Assembly (NCBI GenBank): GCA_945881985.1
Contig: CAMCVL010000003.1
Span: forward strand, 64,421-128,420
Direction of reading: 5' to 3'
From: Rickettsia typhi
GTDB lineage: Bacteria > Pseudomonadota > Alphaproteobacteria > Rickettsiales > Deianiraeaceae
DNA: 64,000 bases
The notes under the pieces are model-generated. The model saw only the letters and a list, made by a program, of their open reading frames with translations, did not search any database and was not told the DNA's origin. Every line of letters starts with the position of its first letter. The first letter of the stretch is position 1. This document shows positions 18,699 to 28,547 of the stretch, piece by piece. The position numbers and the translations under genes are program-made.

Positions 18699-20504
18699 TT
18701 AGTAGTCGTAAAAAGGCATTACTTTTAGGTCATATAACATACTTTGATAGCTACCAGCTACATCCCCTATCATATTTGTGCCAACAATAATATACTGCCC
18801 AGAAAGGTCACGAACAACATTATCTTGGTAGTCTATTAGTGTACCAAACATATGAGATCCGGCGCCTGGCAATTTTACAATTATTCTTGCTAAATTAGTA
18901 TCGTAATTATAATCAACTATAACCTCCAATTGGGTCACATTAATTGGATTGTCTATTTTATTATTATCTATAGTTCTGGAGAAAAGTTTTACACCGTTGT
19001 AATACAGATCTATATTATCAATGCCTGCTGGAGTTGTGTCAATCACTACGGCATATGAGCTGTCGGCAATATTGTGAGCGGAAGAGTTAGTTGGTTGGGT
19101 TTTAGAAAATAACGAAAACCAATAATAACCACCTACTCCGCCCTCCATGGTTATATCAGCGGTCATTTTAATTCTTTTACGACCTGCAATCTCTGGTACT
19201 GACTTGTACCATTTCCCCGGTTTGCCATCTTCCCCAATCTCTATCCCGTCCCTTAAGCCATCGGTTCTTGGTTGATATACGGCATTGTTAATAAGGCAAC
19301 CGCCAGTTGTTGTTGGGCAACCATTAGCACCTGCGGCGTTGCCACTGGAGGACATATGGTTGTAGAATTTAATATACTCTTCCCCGCCTCTTGATGGTAC
19401 AACCCAGCCTTGCGATTTGTAGACTTCAATTCTTTGGGTTGTAAGATTGTAAATTGGCGTGTTAAGCGACCAAGATGCACCATCTCTTTGTGCTGTTGTC
19501 ATTACTGGTAATGATGACATGCCCTGCCCCGAGCATGATTGAGGTTTAAAGCCGGTCCATTCACCATTTTTATTGCAATAAGCAGTTGATGGTTGCACTA
19601 CTATACCCGATACACAAGTGTTTGAGTTTGTGGGGTAGGTGGTTGTGCTTGCATTTGCTCTTGCGTAGTTATAGTTTTTACCATCGTTATCAGTCATTAT
19701 TTTAACTGGGCAATCTATGTATCCATAGTCTTGCAGTAAAGGTGTTAAGGCTGATGTCTGTAGGTAAAGAACAATATCGTCTTCAGCATCATTATTTGTG
19801 TAGCTAAATATTGGGGCATTAAAAGCGGTAACGCTACTAGGAATAACGCTAGCTGGCGAATTGGTAGTGCTTGTTGTTGCCTTGGTGCCATTTTCAGCAA
19901 AGCTACCAAGTCCGTTTTTACCATAACTTAGCACGGTATAAATTGAATCGTCATTTAATTTGGTTCCATCAGATTTGTTAATGAGTATTTGTTGCCCAGT
20001 GCCACTGTCGTTGCCAGCTGTTATTATATTGCCATTGCCATCATCTACAACTATTAACTTTGTTGCATCATTACGATAAAATTTAACAATATTTGCAGTG
20101 CTTGTAAAACGCCTTGCAACCGCATAGCTAAATTTACGACCGTAGCCATCAAGCATAAAGTCTCTACTAAGTCCAAGAGTGTCAACGGGTACCGCGCCAA
20201 TAGCAACACCACTGGTAGCATAGCAATTAAGAGGGCTAGCATAACTTGCGGAACTTGGATTAAGGGTTGGATCTGCAGGGCAGGGTAATGCCTTGTTCAT
20301 AATGTAATAGCTTTTTAGTGCCTCGTTTATTGTGGCTAAAGATTTGTTTGTTTTGTCGTATTTTGCCCTTTCAAAAAACCCCGAAGATACCGAAATAAGT
20401 GGCAAACTGACCAAGGCAGCAATAGCAAGTGCAATAGCAACCTCTGCTATTGAAAAGGCTTTTGGTCTACCCTTGTAAAAACAACTTTTATTAAATAACA
20501 TCAT
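18699..20504 (-). CDS. Large (601 aa) prepilin-type N-terminal domain protein, pilin or tip-adhesin-like
   Basis: N-terminus ..KGRPKA then FSIAEVAIALAIAALVSLPL (Phe+1, Glu+5, hydrophobic helix; Ala at -1), followed by a Cys-containing ~560-aa domain. Confidence 0.65.
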   Translation of the reverse strand: MMLFNKSCFYKGRPKAFSIAEVAIALAIAALVSLPLISVSSGFFERAKYDKTNKSLATINEALKSYYIMNKALPCPADPTLNPSSASYASPLNCYATSGVAIGAVPVDTLGLSRDFMLDGYGRKFSYAVARRFTSTANIVKFYRNDATKLIVVDDGNGNIITAGNDSGTGQQILINKSDGTKLNDDSIYTVLSYGKNGLGSFAENGTKATTSTTNSPASVIPSSVTAFNAPIFSYTNNDAEDDIVLYLQTSALTPLLQDYGYIDCPVKIMTDNDGKNYNYARANASTTTYPTNSNTCVSGIVVQPSTAYCNKNGEWTGFKPQSCSGQGMSSLPVMTTAQRDGASWSLNTPIYNLTTQRIEVYKSQGWVVPSRGGEEYIKFYNHMSSSGNAAGANGCPTTTGGCLINNAVYQPRTDGLRDGIEIGEDGKPGKWYKSVPEIAGRKRIKMTADITMEGGVGGYYWFSLFSKTQPTNSSAHNIADSSYAVVIDTTPAGIDNIDLYYNGVKLFSRTIDNNKIDNPINVTQLEVIVDYNYDTNLARIIVKLPGAGSHMFGTLIDYQDNVVRDLSGQYIIVGTNMIGDVAGSYQSMLYDLKVMPFYDY

Positions 20505-21070
20505 ACAATTAAAATATATTTAATGTACATAGTTTTCATTAGTCATCACTTACAGCTAGAAGGCAGTAATATGAAATCTTTAAAAAAATATTGACTTCTA
20601 TGTTATACACTATATTGATTATTGTTGCAATGTAATTTTTTTGAAACATATTAAATTTGATTTCTTTGTTTTGTTTTTCTGTTATTTTTTGCATTATGGC
20701 AGCTTTAAGTCATTCAAAAGAGCGTTTTTGTTCTGTTTTAATAATAATATCGGCGTTTTTTCTAGCTATCAAGACATGTTTTTTGTTTTTTGCCTTAAAA
20801 GCCGGCAAAAGTGTCTTTCAAAACACAACTGGTCTTGGGGTTTTTGTTGTAACTGCATTTGTGGCAATATTTTTGTTCTCTACTTTATATTATGCAAGCT
20901 TAAGATTTAAAGTTGTTTGCGAGGATTATATCAATAATGTTAAAACCAGAGGGTTGGTTGTTGGTTGTTTTAATGTTTTTTGCCTTGTAAATTTTACAAT
21001 CTTTTTTATTGCTATTGTAAATTTTATAGCTAAAATTTAATATTATCTTATAATTGTTTTTTAATGTTTT

Positions 21071-21208
21071 ATGAAGCGTACTTACCAACCTAGTAAAATT
21101 AAACGCAAAAGAAAATTTGGATTTAGAGCAAGAATGAGCGACCGTAACGGCCGCAAGCTAATTGCAAGAAGAAGGCAAAAAGGTAGACACAGACTTGCAG
21201 CAGCCTAA
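21071..21208 (+). CDS. rpmH: 50S ribosomal protein L34
   Basis: Hand translation gives [45 protein letters not shown] (45 aa). It is below the ORF-track length cutoff. Confidence 0.9.
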   Translation: MKRTYQPSKIKRKRKFGFRARMSDRNGRKLIARRRQKGRHRLAAA

Positions 21209-21228
21209 TTTCAAATTGCTTTTAAGCA

Positions 21229-22332
21229 ATGTCATTGTCTTTAAACTCTGTAATGATTGTTAAAACATTCAGTCAATTAAGTCAAGCTTTAGCAAATCTT
21301 AGGTTACAAAAAGACATAAAAATTGCCCTAGTGCCAACCATGGGTAATTTACATGATGGTCATTTGCATTTAATTAGCGAATCCTATAAAATTGCAGATA
21401 TTGTTTGCGTGTCAATTTTTGTCAATAAAAATCAATTTGCAATCGGCGAGGATTTTGATGCTTACCCAAGAACAGAGGAGGCGGATATTGCAAAAATTAC
21501 AGACATGCTTCTTTCTAAAGGCATCAAGTTGCAATCTTGCATTATTTACCTACCCAGCTATAATGAGGTTTATCAGCAAGACGCAAGATTATACTTTGAC
21601 ATACCAAGCTTAACTCACAAACTTTGCGGACTGTCAAGACCACAAATGTTTAATGGTGTTATGCAGGTTCTTTTGAGGTTTTTTAAGCAAGTCAATCCTG
21701 ATTTTGTGTTGATGGGGCAAAAAGACTACCAACAACATATGGTTGTAAGCGCTTTTGCAAAGGAGCTTTTTGCAAATATTGCAATTATACCTGTAAAAAC
21801 CCAGCGTAATTTGCGTGGCTTAGCCTTATCGTCTCGCAACTCCTATCTAACTATTGGTAAAAAAAGGCAGGCTGCAATCCTTTATCAAAGCTTAAAGTTT
21901 GTAGCTAGCGTTTTAAATGCTAAATTAATGCCAAGCCAAGATAATTGGCAAATTACAGAAGATGCCATCTTGTGCTTTAAAAAACAAATATCTTGCTTGT
22001 GCAAAATAGACGTTCAGCAGAATACAAAACTTAACACGCCACTAAAAGAGTTAGATGATTTCGTAAAAACTTGCAATATCAATCCCAATACGGATGAAAA
22101 TATTATGGATATTTTTTTACAGCTAAAGCAACATATCGCACATATCTTAACTTTGCTTGATTTTAATATTGATTATCTTGAGTTATATAATCAGCAAGAC
22201 CTAAGCCAGCAAGGCTTAAACAAAAATAACATTAGGCTTTTTGTTGCGGCAAGGCTATGCGGCGTTAGGCTTATTGATAACCTTGCTTTGCAAGAGGTTC
22301 CTCACCAAGTAAAATTGCCATCACTAAGTTAG
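21229..22332 (+). CDS. panC: Pantoate--beta-alanine ligase with extra C-terminal-domain insertion
   Basis: VPTMGNLHDGHLHLI (HxGH), MGQKDYQQ and GLALSSRNSYL. It is 367 aa, longer than I recall for this family. Confidence 0.85.
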   Translation: MSLSLNSVMIVKTFSQLSQALANLRLQKDIKIALVPTMGNLHDGHLHLISESYKIADIVCVSIFVNKNQFAIGEDFDAYPRTEEADIAKITDMLLSKGIKLQSCIIYLPSYNEVYQQDARLYFDIPSLTHKLCGLSRPQMFNGVMQVLLRFFKQVNPDFVLMGQKDYQQHMVVSAFAKELFANIAIIPVKTQRNLRGLALSSRNSYLTIGKKRQAAILYQSLKFVASVLNAKLMPSQDNWQITEDAILCFKKQISCLCKIDVQQNTKLNTPLKELDDFVKTCNINPNTDENIMDIFLQLKQHIAHILTLLDFNIDYLELYNQQDLSQQGLNKNNIRLFVAARLCGVRLIDNLALQEVPHQVKLPSLS

Positions 22333-22473
22333 CATTCCTGCTGTAAATATTGATATTATTACAACATGGCAAGGTCATTGAAAATATTGGATTTTTTACC
22401 AAAAAACACAAAAAAAACTTGCAAAATAAGATTTATAATACATCATTTATTTTAATACTTAGTATTGTTTTGT

Positions 22474-22547
22474 GCGGGTGTAGCTTAGTGGTAAAGTTCT
22501 AGCCTTCCAAGCTAGCCATGTGGGTTCGATTCCCATCACCCGCTCCA
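22474..22547 (+). tRNA. tRNA-Gly (anticodon UCC), CCA encoded
   Basis: Cloverleaf read by eye: acceptor GCGGGTG/CACCCGC, anticodon arm CTAGC-CTTCCAA-GCTAG, T-loop TTCGATT, then T-CCA. Confidence 0.9.
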
Positions 22548-22565
22548 ATCCATTATTTTAACACT

Positions 22566-22895
22566 ATGCTTACAGCCCAACAAAATGATGTTATAATGGA
22601 CGGCTTTTTAGAGAATCTTTTTACATCAATATCCGATTGTATATACGGCATTGGCGGCGAATGCGATTACGCTGATGGCACTTTGGAGATAGTTGTTCAT
22701 TCCAAAACATTTGTTATCAATAAGCATTTTGCATCTGGTAAAATTTGGTACTCCTCGCCCGTGTCAAAACCAAAGTATTATAGCATTAATTCCTTTGGAA
22801 TTTTTGAGGAATCTACTCAAAAAACTAACTTAATAGACGATTTGCAAAAAGATTTTTTACAACTTGGTTTGCAGCTGCAAATTAATAAAAATTAA
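22566..22895 (+). CDS. cyaY: Frataxin-like iron donor CyaY
   Basis: ..TLEIVVHSKTFVINKHFASGKIWYSSPVSKPKYY.. matches the frataxin/CyaY core. ATG 22566 is used because ORF-track start 22518 lies inside tRNA-Gly. Confidence 0.7.
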   Translation: MLTAQQNDVIMDGFLENLFTSISDCIYGIGGECDYADGTLEIVVHSKTFVINKHFASGKIWYSSPVSKPKYYSINSFGIFEESTQKTNLIDDLQKDFLQLGLQLQINKN

Positions 22896-23269
22896 TACCA
22901 AATTTACTTTAAAACTCAAAATTCTACTGATCCTTATTCCGTTGTCGCGGCTTATTAATAACCATTGTTGCTGTAGATGGCTTAAATAATAGGGCATTAA
23001 GTAATTAAAAATTCAAATAAAGCTTTGAATTGCAGCCAAAGGTTTTAAGCTTTTGTTGGCTTAAAATTTATGCTACAAGCTTGCAAATGAACCCTTTGGT
23101 ACTTTAGGTTGCATTGTTTAACATAAAGGGCTAAAGCTTATTTTGACTGTAGTTTGGCAGTGGTGTATATTGTGTTTTGCAATCAAAAAATATATTTATA
23201 TTTAGCTTGGATTAGATTTGGAGGCTTAGTAATTTGTGTAACCTCCAGAAAGCCAAATGTATTTTTGCT

Positions 23270-23569
23270 TTACTTGCTAATTTCCAAAATTTTAACGCTT
23301 GTAAGTTTTTGTCTGTGACCAATCTTTTTTTTATGAGTGGTTCTACGCTCTTTTTTAAATGTAATCTTTTTTTTATCCTTAAGGTGCTCCACAAACTCAA
23401 CTTCAACCGAGCCACCAAAGGACACAACCTTTGCGTCCTCAAACACAGCAATTGCCTTTAGTTTTGATTTTTGACCCTCGTTAATCTCAAGTTTTTCAAC
23501 GGTAATAACATCACCAACACACACCTTGTATTGCTTACCACCGGTTGCAACAACAGCAAATTTTGACAT
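23270..23569 (-). CDS. rplU: 50S ribosomal protein L21
   Basis: MSKFAVVATGGKQYKVCVGDVITVEKL.. Confidence 0.92.
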   Translation of the reverse strand: MSKFAVVATGGKQYKVCVGDVITVEKLEINEGQKSKLKAIAVFEDAKVVSFGGSVEVEFVEHLKDKKKITFKKERRTTHKKKIGHRQKLTSVKILEISK

Positions 23570-23604
23570 AGTTAAATTTAATAATAAAATATATTTTTAT
23601 AGCA

Positions 23605-24225
23605 TTATTTTTTATCAGCGGCCGTAGCAGCTTCCGCAGCCTTTTCCTCATCAGCATCCTTTTTACCTCTACCTATGATGCTAAGTATAGGAAAGTCCCC
23701 TTCAACCTTGCAACCTTCGGGCAATGATAGCGATTTAGATGTAAATGTTTTACCAAGACCAAATGTTGAAATGTCAACAACGATTTCCTCTGGTATTGAG
23801 TTTATGTTGCATATTGCAGGTATTTCGTATTTAATAATGTTAACCTTGCCGTTTCGTTTAATACCAGGTGAAACTGACTTACCCTTTATGTTTAATGGTA
23901 TTAGCACCTCAACTTGTTTAGTTGCATCACAGGATAAAAACTCAATGCAATCAACCCTTGATGTAACAGGATTAAAGGTAAATTGCTTGACTATTGCTTT
24001 TACCTCCTTGCCATCAAGAGTAAAAGATATTACTTTTGTTTTAATGGATGCGTAGTCAGCAAATTTTATTGCAAGCCTTGCATCTATTGCAAAATGGGTA
24101 GCTTGACCCTTGCCGTATAATGAGCAAGGAACAAAACCATTGTTTTTAACTTTTTTAGTAGCGGAAGAGCCGAAAACTGACCTAGCAACTGCCTCAAAAG
24201 GCTTTGAAAAATCCAAACTAGACAT
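23605..24225 (-). CDS. rplY: 50S ribosomal protein L25 (Ctc form)
   Basis: ..KKVKNNGFVPCSLYGKGQ.. N-domain plus a Ctc-type C-domain and an acidic/Ala tail. Confidence 0.85.
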   Translation of the reverse strand: MSSLDFSKPFEAVARSVFGSSATKKVKNNGFVPCSLYGKGQATHFAIDARLAIKFADYASIKTKVISFTLDGKEVKAIVKQFTFNPVTSRVDCIEFLSCDATKQVEVLIPLNIKGKSVSPGIKRNGKVNIIKYEIPAICNINSIPEEIVVDISTFGLGKTFTSKSLSLPEGCKVEGDFPILSIIGRGKKDADEEKAAEAATAADKK

Positions 24226-24610
24226 AAAATATAAAATACATTTTTATTTTAAAAAGCAACTTAGCACAACCACATAAGGCTTGGCAAAGCTAAATTACTA
24301 AGGCACACAAAATACAAGCCTTACAAATTAGACAATCATTTTATAAACAAAAAACTAATATGCAACACTTTTTTACAAAATATCAATAGACCATTTGCCA
24401 ATATTAAAGACATTTACAAAACAACAGGGCTAAATATATCCTTTAGCCTCTCTTTATTTTGTTGATTGCCATGTTTATTAATTGCTGTAGATGTTACAAT
24501 CTCATCCAAGATGCAAGGGGACTATTAAAAAATCAATTTATAGATATTTTATTTGACAAAAAAAGATGTTTATTTATATCTTAAAGCAAATTTATTATTG
24601 ATTTTAATTA

Positions 24611-25567
24611 ATGCAACCTAGGTTAAGCCGTAATATAACAAGTGTAAAAGCCGGTGTGGATGCCGGATTTGTAATTGTGCGTTTTGTAGCCGACAAAATT
24701 AAAGAGGCGGGTAAGGGTAAAATTGCATTTATCACCCGTAGCGATGCTGGCATTGAGGCGCAAATAAAAAATACTGCATTTACCTCGCCAGAACTAAGCC
24801 TTTTGCAATTAAAGCATATACCGCAGGAGGCGTCACATTTTAACAAAAGGCAATTTGGTAGCTATCTTGAAAGCTTAGCTACATTTAAGGCGCTTGAGGG
24901 TGAGGCTGTAATATTTGCCTCGTGCGAGTCTGCTGCTAGGGCTTCCATTCCGGCGGTTATAAACACAAGGCTTAATTGCTACAAGCTTAGCTACGATGAT
25001 TTAATTGCAAATCTTAGCTTGTTTGGCTACGAAAGAGTATCTTGCTGCACTGATATATACCAGTTTGCCGTTAGGGGCTCGGTTGTGGACTTTACACGCT
25101 GCGCCGCGGTGCAGGGGCTTGGCAAAGATGAACTTTGTTATAGAGTGGACTTTTTAAGCGATTCCCCAGAGGCAATATTTGAATTTGACATAGCAAGCCA
25201 GCTACGCACAGCAAAAGTGCCAAAAAACATCAATAGATATAGTGGGGAGCCAGAGCTTAACAGTCCTTACATATCACCAGTGTGCGAGGTTTTAAATAGC
25301 AAGCAAACAATAATCGCGGCAAAGCAAAGCCTGCAAAATATTTGTCATCAAGACGAGATTGAAATGCTAGACCATGGCATTGTTGGTGCAAATATTGCGG
25401 CAAATTACTTGCAGTATTTTTATCAAGAGCCCTTATCAACCCTCTACGACTATCTTTGTGACGATGATTATGTAATTTTTGAAGCCATGCCACAGGAGGA
25501 CATAGATAAAGCTATGTCGCTAATTAAAAATAAACCTAATATTATTACTTTAAGTGTTTTATTATGA
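24611..25567 (+). CDS. mfd: Stand-alone Mfd (transcription-repair coupling factor) N-terminal UvrB-homology module; truncated gene or pseudogene
   Basis: Collinear with about the first 340 residues of Mfd: SVKAGVDAGFVIV.., FGYERVSCCTDIYQFAVRGSVVDF, YRVDFLSDSPEAIFEFDIASQLR, GIVGANIAANYLQYFYQEPLSTLYDYL. The RNAP-interaction and translocase domains are absent. Confidence 0.7.
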   Translation: MQPRLSRNITSVKAGVDAGFVIVRFVADKIKEAGKGKIAFITRSDAGIEAQIKNTAFTSPELSLLQLKHIPQEASHFNKRQFGSYLESLATFKALEGEAVIFASCESAARASIPAVINTRLNCYKLSYDDLIANLSLFGYERVSCCTDIYQFAVRGSVVDFTRCAAVQGLGKDELCYRVDFLSDSPEAIFEFDIASQLRTAKVPKNINRYSGEPELNSPYISPVCEVLNSKQTIIAAKQSLQNICHQDEIEMLDHGIVGANIAANYLQYFYQEPLSTLYDYLCDDDYVIFEAMPQEDIDKAMSLIKNKPNIITLSVLL

Positions 25568-26388
25568 CTAACACAACATCACTATCAACTACTTCATCTG
25601 TAGCAGGTATTCTATCAAGCAGATATAACCAAACAACATCAGCTAGCACACCCTTAGGTGCAAATACACGGCAAAAAACTAAACAGGAAGTTCTTTTTAA
25701 AGAAAAGAAGGTTAGATTTGAGGAAGATAAAACTGGATATCAAATCGTACATCCTGTTTTTGCAAATCCAAACATTGAGTCAATATTTTTAAGAAGAAGT
25801 TCAATAAATACGCAAAGGATTCAAGGTTTGGCAAGACAGTGTTGCAATACAGAAAATCGTGCAACTCCTGATTTTTTAAGTAACATAAAGCAAGAAGGTC
25901 GCACAACTTCTAACTTTCTAAGCGGCGATCAAATGTATGATATGAAAAAAATAAATGCAGCAAGAAGACAAATATATCAATTGCAACAAGGTAAAAAAAT
26001 AGATACATATCAATCGTCTGACATTAACACGACACAATCAAAGCAAGTATTGCAAGAAAAACTCAGGATGTATAACAATAGCCATTTATTGCATTTAGCT
26101 GAGAAAACAGAATATTGCTATGTAAAAAGATCTACACAATACTCGCGTGGCAAAAAGGAGGCTAATGTTTTAAACCACCAAAAACCACCTCTGTATCCAA
26201 AAATAACACATTGGCAAGCAAGTGTAATGGGTCCTGGTAAACAAATGACCATCGCCAATCTAGATGTCAAAAATGAAGTACCAAAGCTTAACCAGCAATT
26301 TGAAAAGCCTACTTTACAACAATGTTTACTAAGGAATAATGGATACCCGCCTATACATTCTTTGCAGGCTCGCACCAGACGGGGATAA
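25564..26388 (+). CDS. Hypothetical protein (274 aa, S/T/Q/N/K-rich, no recognisable domain)
   Basis: Its ATG overlaps the stop of the mfd fragment (ATGA). There are no motif matches, so coding status rests on ORF length and coupling. Confidence 0.45.
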   Translation: MTNTTSLSTTSSVAGILSSRYNQTTSASTPLGANTRQKTKQEVLFKEKKVRFEEDKTGYQIVHPVFANPNIESIFLRRSSINTQRIQGLARQCCNTENRATPDFLSNIKQEGRTTSNFLSGDQMYDMKKINAARRQIYQLQQGKKIDTYQSSDINTTQSKQVLQEKLRMYNNSHLLHLAEKTEYCYVKRSTQYSRGKKEANVLNHQKPPLYPKITHWQASVMGPGKQMTIANLDVKNEVPKLNQQFEKPTLQQCLLRNNGYPPIHSLQARTRRG

Positions 26389-26677
26389 CCTTCGTTTTGT
26401 TTGTAAATTGCAAAATATTGCAGCTTGCAGAGGGCATAATCTCTAATTGTAAGTTAGAATTTGGGTAAAATATTTATTACCTTACCATCCTTTCTCATCA
26501 TCCTTTGGATGCTGATGTGGGATGATTGTATAGTTTAATGTTGCCATTGAAAATGGCTTTATTTAAAACTTTGTCCGTGGATATTACCCTCAATATGATA
26601 TGTATTTCTTTTTTGCTTTACTCTATAGCCTGCAGCATGTAAATTGGGACGGGGAAGGTTTGCAAGTTAAATTAGGT

Positions 26678-27178
26678 TTAGTCAACAACATCCTCGTCAT
26701 CTATTTGTCTGCGAGAGTTTTTGATTATAACATCATCAATTTCTTTTTTGCGTTGCACCGATACAGACAGAGTTGCAATTGGGCGTGCCATTAGTCTTTT
26801 AATGCCTATTTCTTCACCAGTTTCGTCGCAATAGCCATAGTCATCATCTTGAATTTTTTGCAATAGTTTGTCAATTTTTTTGATTACATTTGTAAGTCTT
26901 TCAACCTGAGTCATTAAATCCGAAACATCGCTATAACGAGATGCAAGGTCTATTTCATCGGAGTCCGATGTATTGCGGAGCTCCTCTATATTCTTGTTAA
27001 TTCTCTCGATTTCAAGCAATGATGAATCTCTCATTTCGCTTAAAATTCCATAAAAATAAGCTCTATGCCTTAGGTTCATATAAGGATTGTCATTTTCTGG
27101 GTTGTAGTTTTTAGGGAGGTTGTTAAAGTCCTGAATGGTAATTAAATTTACCTCCAATTTTTTAGCAGCTTTTGACAT
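26678..27178 (-). CDS. dksA: RNA polymerase-binding transcription factor DksA (one-Cys variant)
   Basis: Coiled-coil region plus YGYCDETGEEIGIKRLMARPIATLSVSVQ. Only one Cys of the canonical C4 finger is retained. ATG 27178 (ORF track TTG 27193). Confidence 0.8.
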   Translation of the reverse strand: MSKAAKKLEVNLITIQDFNNLPKNYNPENDNPYMNLRHRAYFYGILSEMRDSSLLEIERINKNIEELRNTSDSDEIDLASRYSDVSDLMTQVERLTNVIKKIDKLLQKIQDDDYGYCDETGEEIGIKRLMARPIATLSVSVQRKKEIDDVIIKNSRRQIDDEDVVD

Positions 27179-27343
27179 TTGCTTTTTTATCAATAACTAA
27201 ACAGGCAGACATGCATTTGTACATCCATTAATTAGTATGTAGCACGCAAAACCCAAACATTAAAATTTTATACAAACTTTATTGACAGGGCTTATTAAAA
27301 ATAAGTTTTACCTTAAGGTAGATTTAGGTAAGCCAAATTTTTA

Positions 27344-27359
27344 GTAAGCCAAGGCTTAC
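27344..27359 (-). terminator. Possible intrinsic terminator after tuf
   Basis: Perfect hairpin GTAAGCC-AA-GGCTTAC 13 nt past the tuf stop. The minus-strand trailer TAAAAATTT is only moderately U-rich. Confidence 0.3.
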
Positions 27360-27371
27360 AATGCTAGGTTA

Positions 27372-28547
27372 TTACTTTACAATTTTAGTAACAACACCAG
27401 CACCGATGGTTCTACCACCTTCACGGATAGCAAATCTAAGACCTACATCCATAGCAACTTGAGAAATAAGGGTAACTTTAAGCTGAGCTGTGTCACCTGG
27501 CATTACCATTTCCTTGCCAACAATTTCAACGGAACCTGTAACATCTGTGGTTCTAAAGTAAAATTGAGGTCTGTAATCCTTAAAGAAAGGAGTGTGTCTA
27601 CCACCTTCTTCCTTTGTAAGAACAACAACTTCACATTCAAACTCAGTGTGAGGGGTAATTGTGCCTGGTTTAACAAGAACTTGACCTCTTTCAATCTCTT
27701 CCTTGTCAACACCACGAAGCAACAATCCAACATTATCACCAGCTTGAGCGTCGTTAAGTTGTTTTCTAAACATCTCAACACCTGTTACTGTTATGCCTTT
27801 TTTGTCTCTACCTAGGCCCACAAGGTCAACAACATCACCGATTTTAACTTGACCCTTTTCAATTCTACCAGTAGCAACTGTACCACGGCCAGAGATTGAA
27901 AATACATCTTCAACAGACAATAGGAAAGGTTTGTCAATTTCTCTTTGTGGTAGAGGTAGGTTGTCAAGAGCGTTAAGAAGTTCTTGAACTCTTTCTTCCC
28001 ATTGAGCTTCGCCGTTAAGACAGCCAAGACCAGAACCTTTAACAAAAGGAACATTGTCGCCATCAAAACCGTATTTTGAAAGAAGCTCTCTAACCTCCAT
28101 TTCAACTAAGTCAACAAGCTCTAGGTCGTCAACCATGTCAATTTTGTTCAAAAACACAATAATGTTAGGCACACCAACCTGACGAGCAAGTAGAATGTGT
28201 TCACGAGTTTGTGGCATAGGGCCGTCCGCAGCACTAACAACAAGTATTGCAGCATCCATTTGCGCAGCACCTGTAATCATGTTTTTTACATAATCGGCGT
28301 GTCCCGGGCAGTCAACATGGGCGTAGTGTCTGTTAGCACTTTCGTACTCTACATGAGCTGTGTTGATTGTAATACCACGAGCTTTTTCCTCAGGAGCGTT
28401 ATCAATATCGTCAAACTTTTTTGCTTGACCACCAAATTTTTTTGCACAGTAACTTGCAATACCAGCGGTAAGAGTTGTTTTACCGTGATCTACGTGACCG
28501 ATGGTACCAACATTTACGTGTGGTTTACTTCTTACAAACTCAGCCAT
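27372..28547 (-). CDS. tuf: Elongation factor Tu
   Basis: [24 protein letters not shown]; full-length 391 aa. Confidence 0.97.
   Translation of the reverse strand: MAEFVRSKPHVNVGTIGHVDHGKTTLTAGIASYCAKKFGGQAKKFDDIDNAPEEKARGITINTAHVEYESANRHYAHVDCPGHADYVKNMITGAAQMDAAILVVSAADGPMPQTREHILLARQVGVPNIIVFLNKIDMVDDLELVDLVEMEVRELLSKYGFDGDNVPFVKGSGLGCLNGEAQWEERVQELLNALDNLPLPQREIDKPFLLSVEDVFSISGRGTVATGRIEKGQVKIGDVVDLVGLGRDKKGITVTGVEMFRKQLNDAQAGDNVGLLLRGVDKEEIERGQVLVKPGTITPHTEFECEVVVLTKEEGGRHTPFFKDYRPQFYFRTTDVTGSVEIVGKEMVMPGDTAQLKVTLISQVAMDVGLRFAIREGGRTIGAGVVTKIVK

Noticed and set aside
20641-21040. Two overlapping T-rich plus-strand ORFs (89 and 127 aa) between the large pilin-like gene and rpmH
   Set aside because: They are Phe/Leu-rich translations of a T-rich intergenic stretch in two overlapping frames, with no motif. 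A small membrane protein cannot be excluded, but support is weak.
22518-22565. ORF-track start of the frataxin-like gene at 22518
   Set aside because: The first 16 codons overlap the 3' half of tRNA-Gly. The internal ATG at 22566 gives a canonical-length CyaY.
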